Of a stretch of DNA of 58,219 nt, positions 7,936 through 19,429 are shown piece by piece; positions within the stretch are counted from its first letter, which is position 1, and the number at the start of each line of letters is the position of its first letter. Below the pieces are notes generated by a model. It was not told the DNA's origin. It searched no databases and saw nothing but the letters and a program-made list of their open reading frames with translations. The stretch covers positions 1 to 58,219 of the forward strand of contig JAJXYE010000240.1 of NCBI GenBank assembly GCA_021780735.1. The letters are read 5' to 3'. Origin of the DNA: Pseudomonadota bacterium. GTDB taxonomy: Bacteria; Pseudomonadota; Gammaproteobacteria; Xanthomonadales; Rhodanobacteraceae. Position numbers and translations under genes: made by a program.

Positions 7936-10842
7936 ATGCTACTCAAACGCAACCTGATGGCTCTGGCTTTGATTTCGGCTGGACTGTGCTGCACCGCCGT
8001 CGTATACGCAGCGCCAGCCGACACTGCCGCTCCGGCGACAGGCGCAGCGCAAGGCACGCAGGATCAGGCATCGCCGCAGGCTTCTGCCGACGGCAACAAG
8101 GCGGACGAAGTTCGACGCACCAAGGCCAAGAAACTTGCAGCCGTGCAGGTCACCGGTTTTCTCAGCAGTATCGAGAACTCCACGGCGATCAAACGCAACG
8201 CCGACAGCATTGTCGAGGCAGTCTCGTCCGAACAGATCGGCAAACTGCCCGGCACCAGTATTGCCGACGCGCTGGGCCGCTTGCCCGGCCTGGCCGTGCA
8301 GACAGTCAGCGGCCGCCCGCAGGCGATCAGCATTCACGGCCTGGGCGGGGACTTCTCCACCGCGCTGGTCAATGGCGCCGAACAGGTATCGACATCCAAC
8401 AACCGTGACGTGCAGTTCGACCAGTACCCCTCCAGCTGGTTCAACGCCGTCGTGGTGCACCTGAGCCCCCAGGCCAACCTCATCGGCCAGGGCCTGGCCG
8501 GCACGATCGACATGCAGACCATCCGTCCGCTCGAGAAGGACAAGGAAGAAGCGGCGGTCAACGCCCACTACATCTGGAACAGCGCATCCAAGCTCGCCAG
8601 TGGCCCCGGAGTACCGGACAAGGGCTACAACGTCAACGGCGTGTGGGTGAATCAGTTTGCCGATCACACACTGGGCGTCACCCTGGGTGTGGATCTGGAG
8701 TCCAGTCCGACGCAGATCGAGCACCAGGCACCCTGGGGCTACCCGACGGCTGCAGACGGCAACGTCGTGGTCGGCGGCTCGAAGAACTACGGCATCTCCG
8801 ACAACTGGAAGCGCCAGGGCCTGCTCGGCACCATTCAATGGCAGCCGAACGAGCACTACACCGGCACGATCGACATGACGTACGACAACTTCAGGGAAAT
8901 CCAGCAGGCCAAGGGCATGGAACTGCCGCTGTTCTGGGGCTCGGCCACACTGCAGCCCGGCGGCATCGTGCAGAACGGCCTGGTCACCCAGGGTATCTAT
9001 ACCAATCTGTCACCCGTCATCCGCAACGACTACAACAGCACCAAGGCGCGCGTCTACAACTTCAACTGGGACAACAAGTTCAAGATCAACGAGAACTGGT
9101 CGGTCGACCTGGTGGGCAACTACTCGCGCGCCACCCGTCGCGACGTCAATCTCGAGAGCTACTCGGGCAGCGGCTACAACAAGAGCGGTCCGCTCGGCAC
9201 GTTGAACTTCAACGAGCTCAGCAGTGGCTTGCTGTACGTCAACAATTCGGTCGACTACGGCAGCGGTGCCGTGCTGACCGACCCGCAGGGCTGGGGCGCG
9301 GGCAACAACGTGGTGCAAACCGGCTTCATCAACGCGCCGCACACGGTGGACTACCTGGCGAACCTCAAGCTCAGCGCCGAGCGTGATTTCATGAGCGGCC
9401 CGTTCTCCAGCGTCGAATTCGGCGTCGCCCAAAGTACCCGCAACAAGACCTACAACATCGATCAGAACTTCCTCACTCTTGGCGGCGGTCTGCTGGATCA
9501 GGGTGCCGTGCAGTCGCTGCCTTACACCGGCGGCACCTGCTCGCCGCTGTCCTGGATGGGGCTTGGCGCCCAGCCCTGCTACAACCCGCTGGCACTTATC
9601 GCCAACGGCACCTACACCGAGATCCCGGTGTTCATGTCCAGCCTGCCGTTGCCGCCGAACTGGAAGGTGCACGAGCGTGACACGACGCCTTACTTCCAGT
9701 TCAACCTGGACACCCAGCTGGGCAACGTGTCCCTGCGCGGCAACATCGGCATGCAGGCGGCCCGCACCCACCAGACCTCGACCGGCGAGCGCGTGGTTCC
9801 GGGCAGCTCCGTCACGGGAGGCCATACCGCACTGATTCCGGTCACCGGTGGCACCACGTACACCCGCTACCTGCCGAGCGCCAACCTGATCTTCGGCCTG
9901 ACCCCGGATGACGATATCCGCGTCAGTGCGGCCCGTACCATGGCACGTCCGCGCATGGATCAGATGAATGCCAGCCAGTCGATCAGCGGCAATATCACTT
10001 ACCTGGCCTCGACCAATCCGAGCCAGTCGTTCTTCAGTTCCTCCGGCGGCAATGCCAAGCTGATGCCGACCATGGCCGACAACTACAACGTCAGCTACGA
10101 GCATTATTTCTCGGGTGGTGCGTCGGGCTATCAGTGCAACGCATCCGACTCCAAGCAGTCCGATTTGTGCAAGGGCGGCGGTGGCGGCTACTTCGCCGTG
10201 TCGGGCTACTTCCTGGAACTGAAGGACTACATCAACCCGAACTCGGCCTACCTGTATGATTTCTCGGCCTTCATACCGTCCTACCTGACCCCCGCGCAGC
10301 AGACGCAGCTCGGCACCCCGCTGGGCATCGTCAGCGGCCCGACCAATGATGGCCACGGCTACGTGAAGGGCGCCCAGGTGACCCTGAACCTGCCTGCCAG
10401 CCTGATCACTCCGGTGCTCGACGGCTTCGGCACGATCCTCACCGTCAACCGCACCAAGAGCTCGCTGGTCTATGCCGGCAACAGCAACCCGATCACGGTG
10501 CCGGGTCTGTCGAAGTGGGTGGCCAACGGCACGCTGTACTACCAGCACAGCGGCTTCGAAGCCCGTATCAGCGACAGCTATCGTTCCAGCTTCCTGGGCG
10601 AGGTGTCCGGCATCAGTGCGTCGCGTATCGAGCAGACGCTCAAGGGCGGCAGCAGCTTCGATGCGCAGGTCAGCTACACCTTCGACCACGGCCCGCTGGA
10701 CGGCCTCACCCTCATTGCACAGGGCTCCAACCTGGGCAACAAGAAGTTCATCACCTACCAGAACAACGATCCGCGGCAGGTGCTGAACTGGGAGAGCTAC
10801 GGCCGCCGCTACGAAGTGGGTGTCTCCTACAAGTTCAAGTAA
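7936..10842 (+). CDS. TonB-dependent receptor 1, probably maltodextrin uptake
   Basis: GGGGAG RBS, signal peptide, VQVTG TonB-box region, plug (IADALGRLPGL), barrel ending YEVGVSYKFK. Substrate inferred from context. Confidence 0.93.
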   Translation: MLLKRNLMALALISAGLCCTAVVYAAPADTAAPATGAAQGTQDQASPQASADGNKADEVRRTKAKKLAAVQVTGFLSSIENSTAIKRNADSIVEAVSSEQIGKLPGTSIADALGRLPGLAVQTVSGRPQAISIHGLGGDFSTALVNGAEQVSTSNNRDVQFDQYPSSWFNAVVVHLSPQANLIGQGLAGTIDMQTIRPLEKDKEEAAVNAHYIWNSASKLASGPGVPDKGYNVNGVWVNQFADHTLGVTLGVDLESSPTQIEHQAPWGYPTAADGNVVVGGSKNYGISDNWKRQGLLGTIQWQPNEHYTGTIDMTYDNFREIQQAKGMELPLFWGSATLQPGGIVQNGLVTQGIYTNLSPVIRNDYNSTKARVYNFNWDNKFKINENWSVDLVGNYSRATRRDVNLESYSGSGYNKSGPLGTLNFNELSSGLLYVNNSVDYGSGAVLTDPQGWGAGNNVVQTGFINAPHTVDYLANLKLSAERDFMSGPFSSVEFGVAQSTRNKTYNIDQNFLTLGGGLLDQGAVQSLPYTGGTCSPLSWMGLGAQPCYNPLALIANGTYTEIPVFMSSLPLPPNWKVHERDTTPYFQFNLDTQLGNVSLRGNIGMQAARTHQTSTGERVVPGSSVTGGHTALIPVTGGTTYTRYLPSANLIFGLTPDDDIRVSAARTMARPRMDQMNASQSISGNITYLASTNPSQSFFSSSGGNAKLMPTMADNYNVSYEHYFSGGASGYQCNASDSKQSDLCKGGGGGYFAVSGYFLELKDYINPNSAYLYDFSAFIPSYLTPAQQTQLGTPLGIVSGPTNDGHGYVKGAQVTLNLPASLITPVLDGFGTILTVNRTKSSLVYAGNSNPITVPGLSKWVANGTLYYQHSGFEARISDSYRSSFLGEVSGISASRIEQTLKGGSSFDAQVSYTFDHGPLDGLTLIAQGSNLGNKKFITYQNNDPRQVLNWESYGRRYEVGVSYKFK

Positions 10843-10864
10843 GCCAGGAAGGCTGCTTCCCTCC

Positions 10865-10899
10865 AGCCCCGTTGAGTGAATTCAACGGGGCTTTTTTTT
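10865..10899 (+). terminator. Intrinsic terminator after TonB-dependent receptor 1
   Basis: AGCCCCGTTGA...TCAACGGGGCT followed by a long T run. Confidence 0.85.
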
Positions 10900-10954
10900 G
10901 ACAGGATCGTGGCGAACCGCTACTTGACTGCTTTCACCCAACTCGGACGCACAC

Positions 10955-12517
10955 ATGCAGGCCAACCCCATCCAGCAGGTGGTCATCGTCGGCGGCGGCA
11001 CCGCCGGCTGGATGACTGCCGCCCTGCTCGCCCGCGCGCTGGGGCCACAGGTGCAGATCCGGCTGATCGAGTCCGAAGAGATCGGCATCGTCGGCGTCGG
11101 CGAGGCCACCATCCCGTCCATTCGCCTGGTCAACCAGTTCCTTGGGCTGGACGAGGACGACCTGCTGCGCGCCACCCACGGCACCTTCAAGCTCGGCATC
11201 GAATTCAATGACTGGCGGCGGCTGGGCGATTCGTACATGCATGCCTTCAGTGACATCGGCCTGCCGCTGGGACTGATCGGCTTTCACCACTACTGGCTGA
11301 GGGATGTGCATGGACGCACGCAAGCCGCCAGCGCAGGACGCGCAGGAGCGGCTGATCGCCAGCGCGCCGGCGCAGCGGACCTGTGGGCCTACTCGCTCAA
11401 TGCGACGGCGGCACGGGCGCATCGTTTCGGCCGCATGGAGCGTGTCGGCAGCAGCCCGCTGACCGGTATCAAGTATGCCTACCAGCTCGACGCCTCCGCC
11501 TATGGCCAGTACCTGCGCCGCCATGTCGACCCAGCCATCGTCAAGCACATCGAGGGCAGGATCGTCGACGTGCAGCTGCGTGCCGGGGACGGCTTCATCG
11601 AGTCGGTGCAGCTGGCCAGCGGCGAACGCGTGGCGGGCGACCTGTTCATCGACTGCTCGGGCTTTCGCGGACTGCTGATCGAGGGCGCGCTGAAGACCGG
11701 TTACGACAACTGGCAGCAGTGGCTGCCGTGCGACCGCGCACTGGCGGTGGCCAGCGAACGGGTCGCGCCGATGCGGCCATACACCCAGGCCAGTGCACGC
11801 ACCGCGGGCTGGCAATGGCGCATCCCGCTGCAGCATCGCAACGGCAACGGCCATGTCTACTGCAGCCAGTTCCTCAGCGACGATGAAGCCAGCGCCCAGT
11901 TGCTGGCCAAGCTCGATGGCGAGCCGCTGGCCGACCCGCGCCAGCTGCAATTCACCACCGGCATGCGGCGGCAGTCGTGGCACCGCAACTGCGTGGCACT
12001 GGGGCTGTCGGCCGGCTTCATGGAACCGCTGGAATCGACCAGCATCCATCTGATCCAGTCGGGCATCAATCGACTGCTTGCGCTGTTTCCCGACCGCCAC
12101 TGCGATGTCGCACTCAGCACCGAGTACAACCGCCAGACACGCTTTGAATACGAGCGCATCCGCGACTTCCTGATCCTGCACTACAAGGCCACCGAGCGCG
12201 ACGACAGTCCGTTCTGGCGGCAATGCGCGCAGATGGCGATCCCCGAGTCGCTGGCGCGGCGCATTGCCCTCTTTCGCGGCAACGGCAGCATCTTTCGTGA
12301 TGCCGACGAACTGTTCACCGAGGTTGGCTGGATTCAGGTCCTGCTCGGCCAGGGTATCGAACCGGAACGCCATCACCCGCTGGCCGATGCGCTCGATCAG
12401 AGCCAGCTCGACGAATTCCTGGGCAATATCCGCAGCCTGGTCGGCCGCGCCGCCGACTCCTTGCCGCCGCACGAACGCTTCATTGCCGAACACTGCAAGG
12501 CGGCGACTGCGGCCTGA
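10955..12517 (+). CDS. Flavin-dependent halogenase (tryptophan halogenase family) 1
   Basis: [20 protein letters not shown] (catalytic Lys), [15 protein letters not shown]. Confidence 0.93.
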   Translation: MQANPIQQVVIVGGGTAGWMTAALLARALGPQVQIRLIESEEIGIVGVGEATIPSIRLVNQFLGLDEDDLLRATHGTFKLGIEFNDWRRLGDSYMHAFSDIGLPLGLIGFHHYWLRDVHGRTQAASAGRAGAADRQRAGAADLWAYSLNATAARAHRFGRMERVGSSPLTGIKYAYQLDASAYGQYLRRHVDPAIVKHIEGRIVDVQLRAGDGFIESVQLASGERVAGDLFIDCSGFRGLLIEGALKTGYDNWQQWLPCDRALAVASERVAPMRPYTQASARTAGWQWRIPLQHRNGNGHVYCSQFLSDDEASAQLLAKLDGEPLADPRQLQFTTGMRRQSWHRNCVALGLSAGFMEPLESTSIHLIQSGINRLLALFPDRHCDVALSTEYNRQTRFEYERIRDFLILHYKATERDDSPFWRQCAQMAIPESLARRIALFRGNGSIFRDADELFTEVGWIQVLLGQGIEPERHHPLADALDQSQLDEFLGNIRSLVGRAADSLPPHERFIAEHCKAATAA

Positions 12518-12598
12518 TCCGGTCGAAATGCATGTGGCGAGCGATCGCGACGAGGGCACCGCCTTCATCGCGACGGGCCGGAGTCGAGGTGCAAAGCG

Positions 12599-13168
12599 CT
12601 AGCGGGTGATGGCCGCGAGGTAGGTGTCGAGCATGGCCGGGTCGTGCTTGACGCCCCGCTCGGCGACAAGAATGGAGCGGGCGGCCGCATGTGTCCGGCC
12701 GGGATGGTACGGGCGGCTCGATGTCATGGCGTCATGACTGTCGGCCACCGACACGATCCGCGACAGCAGCGGGATCGCCTCGCCCTGCAGTCCATCAGGG
12801 TAGCCCGTGCCGTCCCAGTGCTCGTGATGGTGTCGCACGATGCGCGCGATCTCCTCGCGAAAAGGTATGTCGCGTTGATCGAGAATAAACCTCTCGCCGC
12901 GTGTGCTGTGCGTGCGCATGATGGCCCACTCGGCATCATTCAGCGCCCCGCGCTTGAACAGGATCGAATCGGGTAGATCGATCTTGCCGATGTCATGCAG
13001 CCGCGCGGCCATGGCAACGACCAGCAAGTCGTGCTGTTCGAGGTTGATCGCTTCGCCGAGTCGAACCGCCATCCTGGCAACGCGATCGCAATGCTGCGAG
13101 GTATGCCCGTCGCGCGCCTGCATGGCGCGATCAAGATGAGGAGCGATGCTGTAGATCCAGGAATCCAT
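12599..13168 (-). CDS. Stand-alone HD-GYP domain phosphodiesterase
   Basis: HCDRVA, LHDIGK, HHEHWDGTGYP, ADSHDAMTSSRPY. Start at MDSWIY is uncertain. Confidence 0.88.
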   Translation of the reverse strand: MDSWIYSIAPHLDRAMQARDGHTSQHCDRVARMAVRLGEAINLEQHDLLVVAMAARLHDIGKIDLPDSILFKRGALNDAEWAIMRTHSTRGERFILDQRDIPFREEIARIVRHHHEHWDGTGYPDGLQGEAIPLLSRIVSVADSHDAMTSSRPYHPGRTHAAARSILVAERGVKHDPAMLDTYLAAITR

Positions 13169-13340
13169 GGGCTGGCTGGCAGGCGGTCGTCTTGCGTGAT
13201 GGCTCCATGCCCGTGGTTCGTCATTGGCATGACGGCAGCTTCGACAGCAGGGTAGCTGACGCCGCGCGAGCTTAGTCGGTGGTGGCTGCCTTTGGAATAC
13301 GCCCGCGTCACATCGCGGCAAAAAACCGCGCTGTCGCGCG

Positions 13341-14843
13341 CTACGAAGGTGAGCGGCAGTGCCGGTCGATGTATTGCCTGTGCGTGGGCATGCCGCGCGC
13401 CGCCTCGGCAATCACCCGCCGCATGCCCTCAAGGCGTCCGGCCGCATCGACCTGGCTGCGCATGTCGGTCAGCGGATGGTATCGCTGCGGCCACACTTCC
13501 TGGCCCACCAGCACCGCCAGCCAGTTGGGGTTCTGGAACAGCTCCATGTCCTCGGCGACCAGCCGGCCGTATCGCCGGAAGTGCTCGATCTTGTATTGCA
13601 AGGTGTCCGGGATCGACATGCTCGAGGTCTGCCGCCACAGCGGCTCGTCGCGCTGCACTGCGTGATAGTGCAGGATCAGGAAGTCCCTGATGCGCTCGTA
13701 CTCCATTTGCGTGAGCCGGTTGTATTCCTGCGCCGCGAGCGGGTCGAAGTCGCGATCGGGGAACAGCGCCAGCAGGCGGGTGATGGCAGTCTGGATGAGG
13801 TGGATGCTGGTCGATTCCAGCGGCTCCATGAAGCCGGCCGAGAGGCCGATCGCCACGCAGTTGCGGTGCCATGACTGCTTGCGCCGCCCGGCGCTGAAGC
13901 GCAATTGCCGCGGCGACCCCAGCGGCTCACCGTCGAGATGGCGCAACAGCGTCGCGGTGGCCTCGTCGTCACTGATGAACTGGCTGCAGTAGACGTGACC
14001 ATTGCCCATTCGGTGCTGCAGCGGAATACGCCACTGCCAGCCGGCCGCGTGCGCCGTGGAGCGGGTGAAAGGCGTCAACTCGCTGTGGTGAGTGCAGGCC
14101 ACCGCCACCGCGCGGTCGCAGGGCAGCCAGTGGGTCCAGTCCTCATGGCCGGTCTTCAGCGCGCCCTCGATCAGCAGGCCACGAAAACCCGAGCAGTCAA
14201 TGAACAGGTCACCCTCAACGTCCGCGCCACTGTCCAGCCTTGCGGCATGGATGAAACCGTCGTCTCCGCGCAGGGTGACGTCAACCACCTTGCCCTCGGT
14301 TCGCCGGACACCACGTTGCTCGGCGTACTGGCGCAGGAAACGCGCATAAAGGCTGGCGTCGAAGTGATAGGCGTAATCGTGGGAAGACTGCACCTGGCGG
14401 CGATCGGCCACCGGCAGATCGAACTTGCCAGCCTGGGCAGCCACCCAGGCCAGTGCGTAGTCCTGCAGCGGCGTAACGTCACCGCGTTCGCGCTCGCGCA
14501 GCCAGTAGTGGTGCAGTGGCACGGCGTCGAACTCGCTGCCGAACTGGCCGAACGGATGAAAGTAGCGTTGCCCGACACGGGTCCAGTCAACGAACTCGAT
14601 ACCGAGCTTGAAGGTTCCCTGGGTCGCCGCAAGGAAGGCATTCTCGTCGATGCCCAGGCTGCGATTGAAATACTTGAGCGGCGGGATGGTGGCCTCGCCC
14701 ACGCCGACGATGCCGATCTCCTCCGACTCGATCAGCTCGATCTGGCAGCTGCCTTGCAGCGCGTTGGCCAGCGCGGCCGCCGTCATCCAGCCGGCCGTGC
14801 CGCCACCCACGATGATGATGCGACGGATATTCTGCTCAGTCAT
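13341..14843 (-). CDS. Flavin-dependent halogenase (tryptophan halogenase family) 2
   Basis: [35 protein letters not shown]. Close paralog of halogenase 1. Confidence 0.93.
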   Translation of the reverse strand: MTEQNIRRIIIVGGGTAGWMTAAALANALQGSCQIELIESEEIGIVGVGEATIPPLKYFNRSLGIDENAFLAATQGTFKLGIEFVDWTRVGQRYFHPFGQFGSEFDAVPLHHYWLRERERGDVTPLQDYALAWVAAQAGKFDLPVADRRQVQSSHDYAYHFDASLYARFLRQYAEQRGVRRTEGKVVDVTLRGDDGFIHAARLDSGADVEGDLFIDCSGFRGLLIEGALKTGHEDWTHWLPCDRAVAVACTHHSELTPFTRSTAHAAGWQWRIPLQHRMGNGHVYCSQFISDDEATATLLRHLDGEPLGSPRQLRFSAGRRKQSWHRNCVAIGLSAGFMEPLESTSIHLIQTAITRLLALFPDRDFDPLAAQEYNRLTQMEYERIRDFLILHYHAVQRDEPLWRQTSSMSIPDTLQYKIEHFRRYGRLVAEDMELFQNPNWLAVLVGQEVWPQRYHPLTDMRSQVDAAGRLEGMRRVIAEAARGMPTHRQYIDRHCRSPS

Positions 14844-15098
14844 GTCGCGATTCCTTCGATAAGCACAACCGGGTCTCCGTGCACCACCTGGGAATCAGCT
14901 TCGACATGATATTGAGACCTTTGGGCTGCATGATATCTACAGGAACTGCGCGAAATTCCATCATGCGACTCTCTGAATAACCGCACGACTCATCACCGTG
15001 CCACTGCGCGCGACCTTGCCAACAAGCGTAACCGACACCGTTGCCCTGACAGCGCAAACACCTTGCGTCGCAGCATGGAAAAGTGTCCACATGCGCAA

Positions 15099-15112
15099 TG
15101 AATACGTATGCA
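15099..15112. promoter_or_regulatory. LacI-type operator A, copy 3
   Basis: TGAATACGTATGCA in the divergent halogenase 2 / amylase intergenic region. Confidence 0.8.
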
Positions 15113-15240
15113 GAAACCGGTCGTCGAGCGGGCCATCGACCTACTATGAAACCAGCACGAAATCGAATCGGCGCAGTGCTGGATTACCACGCCCGCACAA
15201 CGTCGCGCATGCCAAGATCCTCTGACAAACGGGAGTCACG

Positions 15241-16814
<1,574 letters not shown>

Positions 16815-16818
<4 letters not shown>

Positions 16819-19196
16819 TGGCGCCGATCCGCAGCGTCGCACTGTCGCTGGCACTCGGCATGATCGTGTCGGCGTCACCGGCTCATGCCGGCACCCAGCC
16901 CGGCCAGCCCCGCAGTACCAGAACCGCCGTCCACACGGGCGCCCATGGTCATGGCCTCACCATCGCGATGGGTAGCGATCGGGTGCAGGTCGACCTGATG
17001 ACGGCGAATATCGTGCGGATCCACTTCGAACCGGCGGGCGTCAGCAGCCCGCCCACGTTGCTGATGGATCCGCATGCCGCGCGACCGACGCGGAACGGGC
17101 AACGGGTGAAGCGCGCGGTTGGCGGCGAAGAGCTGGTATCGAACAGTGCCCGGGTGCATTGGGATCGACACACCGGCGTGCTGCACGTCGATGACGCGCA
17201 GCATCACCCGTTGCTTGCGCTGAACCTGCCGGCCTTGCAGCATGGCCAGTTGCAACTGCAACACCATGCCGGTGACGCGCTGTATGGCATCGGCGGCTAC
17301 AACGCCACCGAGAATGTCGATGCCGGGCTGTTGCGCCAGGGCGTCATGCAGGCCGAGTCCGGCGAGCAGGGCCATGCCGGCGCGCCGCTGGTGTGGAGTA
17401 CCGCCGGCTATGGTGTGCTGGTGGACACCCTCGGTGGCAAGTTCGCATTGACCGGTGATTCGATCACCGTCTCCGCCACGTCGCGCAAGGACATCGACTG
17501 TTACGTCGTGCTGGGCACGCCGGCACGGATCTTCGCCGCGGTGGCGAGACTGAGCGGGCATACACCGCTGTTTCCGAAATGGGCGATGGGATTCACCAAC
17601 AGTCAGTGGGGCATCGATCAGAAGGAGCTGCTGACGATCGTCAACACCTATCGCGCCAGGCACATCCCGATCGACAACTTCACGCTCGACTTCGACTGGA
17701 AGGCCTGGGGTGAGGACAACTACGGCGAGTTCCGCTGGAATTCGCAAAAATTTCCCGACGGGCCCGATGGAAAGCTGGCCGCGCAGCTGCATGCATTGGG
17801 CATGCAGATCACCGGCATCATGAAGCCCCGACTGCATTTCGACACGGTCGAGGGTCGTTACGCCACCAGCCACGACTTCTGGGTACCCGGCGAGAAGGCC
17901 AGCTTCGACTATTTCTCGCACAAGCTGGTAAAGAACATCGACTTCGACATTCCTGCCGCGCGCCACTGGTTCGGTGGCCTGGCGTTGAAGTACGGCTTCG
18001 ACGACGGCATCGCCGGCTGGTGGAATGACGAGGCGGACACGACCGGCAGCGATACCGAATTCATGAACATGCAGCGCGCGCTTTACGACGCGCAGCGCGC
18101 GGCATCGGACGTACGCGTGTGGTCGATCAACCGCAACTTCTACCTCGGCTCCCAGCGCTATGCCTACGGGCTCTGGTCCGGAGACATCCCGACCGGCTTC
18201 GCCAGCATGGCGGGGCAACGCGCACGCATGCTCAGCGCAATCAACGTCGGGGCCATGCAATGGGGCATGGATGGCGGTGGATTCACCGGCCACCCGAGCG
18301 ACGAGAACTACGCGCGGTGGATCGAGTTCGGTGCTTTCACGCCGATCTTCCGCGTGCACGGGGTGCTCAACGAGAAGCGTCAGCCGTGGGTCTATGGCCC
18401 GGTGGCGGAAAAGGCGGCCAGCGCTGCGATCCGCCTGCGCTACGCGCTGATCCCCTACATCTACAGCTACGAGTACCAGCGCCATGTCGATGGCGTCGGT
18501 CTGGTGCGGCCGCTGCTGTTCGACTGGCCGCATGATCCCAGGGTGGCCAACGACGTCGACAGCTGGCTGTTCGGCAGGTACCTGCTGGTCTCGCCCGTGG
18601 TGCAACAGGGCCAGACCCGCAAGGACATCTACCTGCCTGCCGGGCGATGGTCCGACTGGTTCAGCGGCAAGGTGTACCAGGGTGACGAGGACATCCAGCT
18701 GGCGCTTGACAGCAAGGGCTGGGGCGACATCCCGCTGTTCGTGCGCGATGGCGCGATCATCCCGCTGCAGCCGGTGATGGATTACGTCGGGGAGAAGCCG
18801 GTGACCGAGCTCGCGGTCGAGGTGTTCCCTTCCGACCGGCGCAGCACGTTCGATTACTACGACGACGACGGCAGCACTTACGCCTATGAACACGGCGCGT
18901 ATTTCAGACAGACCCTGGCGACACAGAACCACGCGAACTCGGTGCAGTTCGATATCGGCGCCGTCAGCGGCACGTTCAAGCCGGCGTTGCGTTTCTATCT
19001 GCTGAAAATCCACGGCCGTCCCGCCAGCAGCGTGATCGTCAATGGCAAGCCACTGGCATCGCGTGACAGCCTCGGTGTGCTGCAACAGGGCGGCAGCGAG
19101 GGTTGGGCCAGCGGCCATGATCGTTTTGGCGCCGTCACTTACGTACGGATCGCGGCCGCTGCGGCGAAGACTGTCTTGCTGGCACCGGCGCGCTGA
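16815..19196 (+). CDS. Secreted GH31 alpha-glucosidase/transglucosylase
   Basis: Signal peptide, LDFDW, nucleophile WWNDE, acid/base WSGD, FRVHG. Translationally coupled to the amylase. Confidence 0.9.
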
Positions 19197-19429
19197 CGCA
19201 CGGATCCGGCTCCAGGCATCGGCTCCGCCATGGCGCGAGCCGATGTTCGATGATCACGCTGGCCAGGAGCCCGATCAGTCGCCCGCGCTGTTTTGTCTAT
19301 GCCGAATCGGCCCGAATGCCGGGCCGGCATCAACGGGACGCCCGCGCTTGGGCCCTGCGTGCCCCACAGCTCATGCCATGCTGCACGCAGGCCAGGGCTT
19401 TCGCCTTGACCTGCACATCGCTCCGCGCG

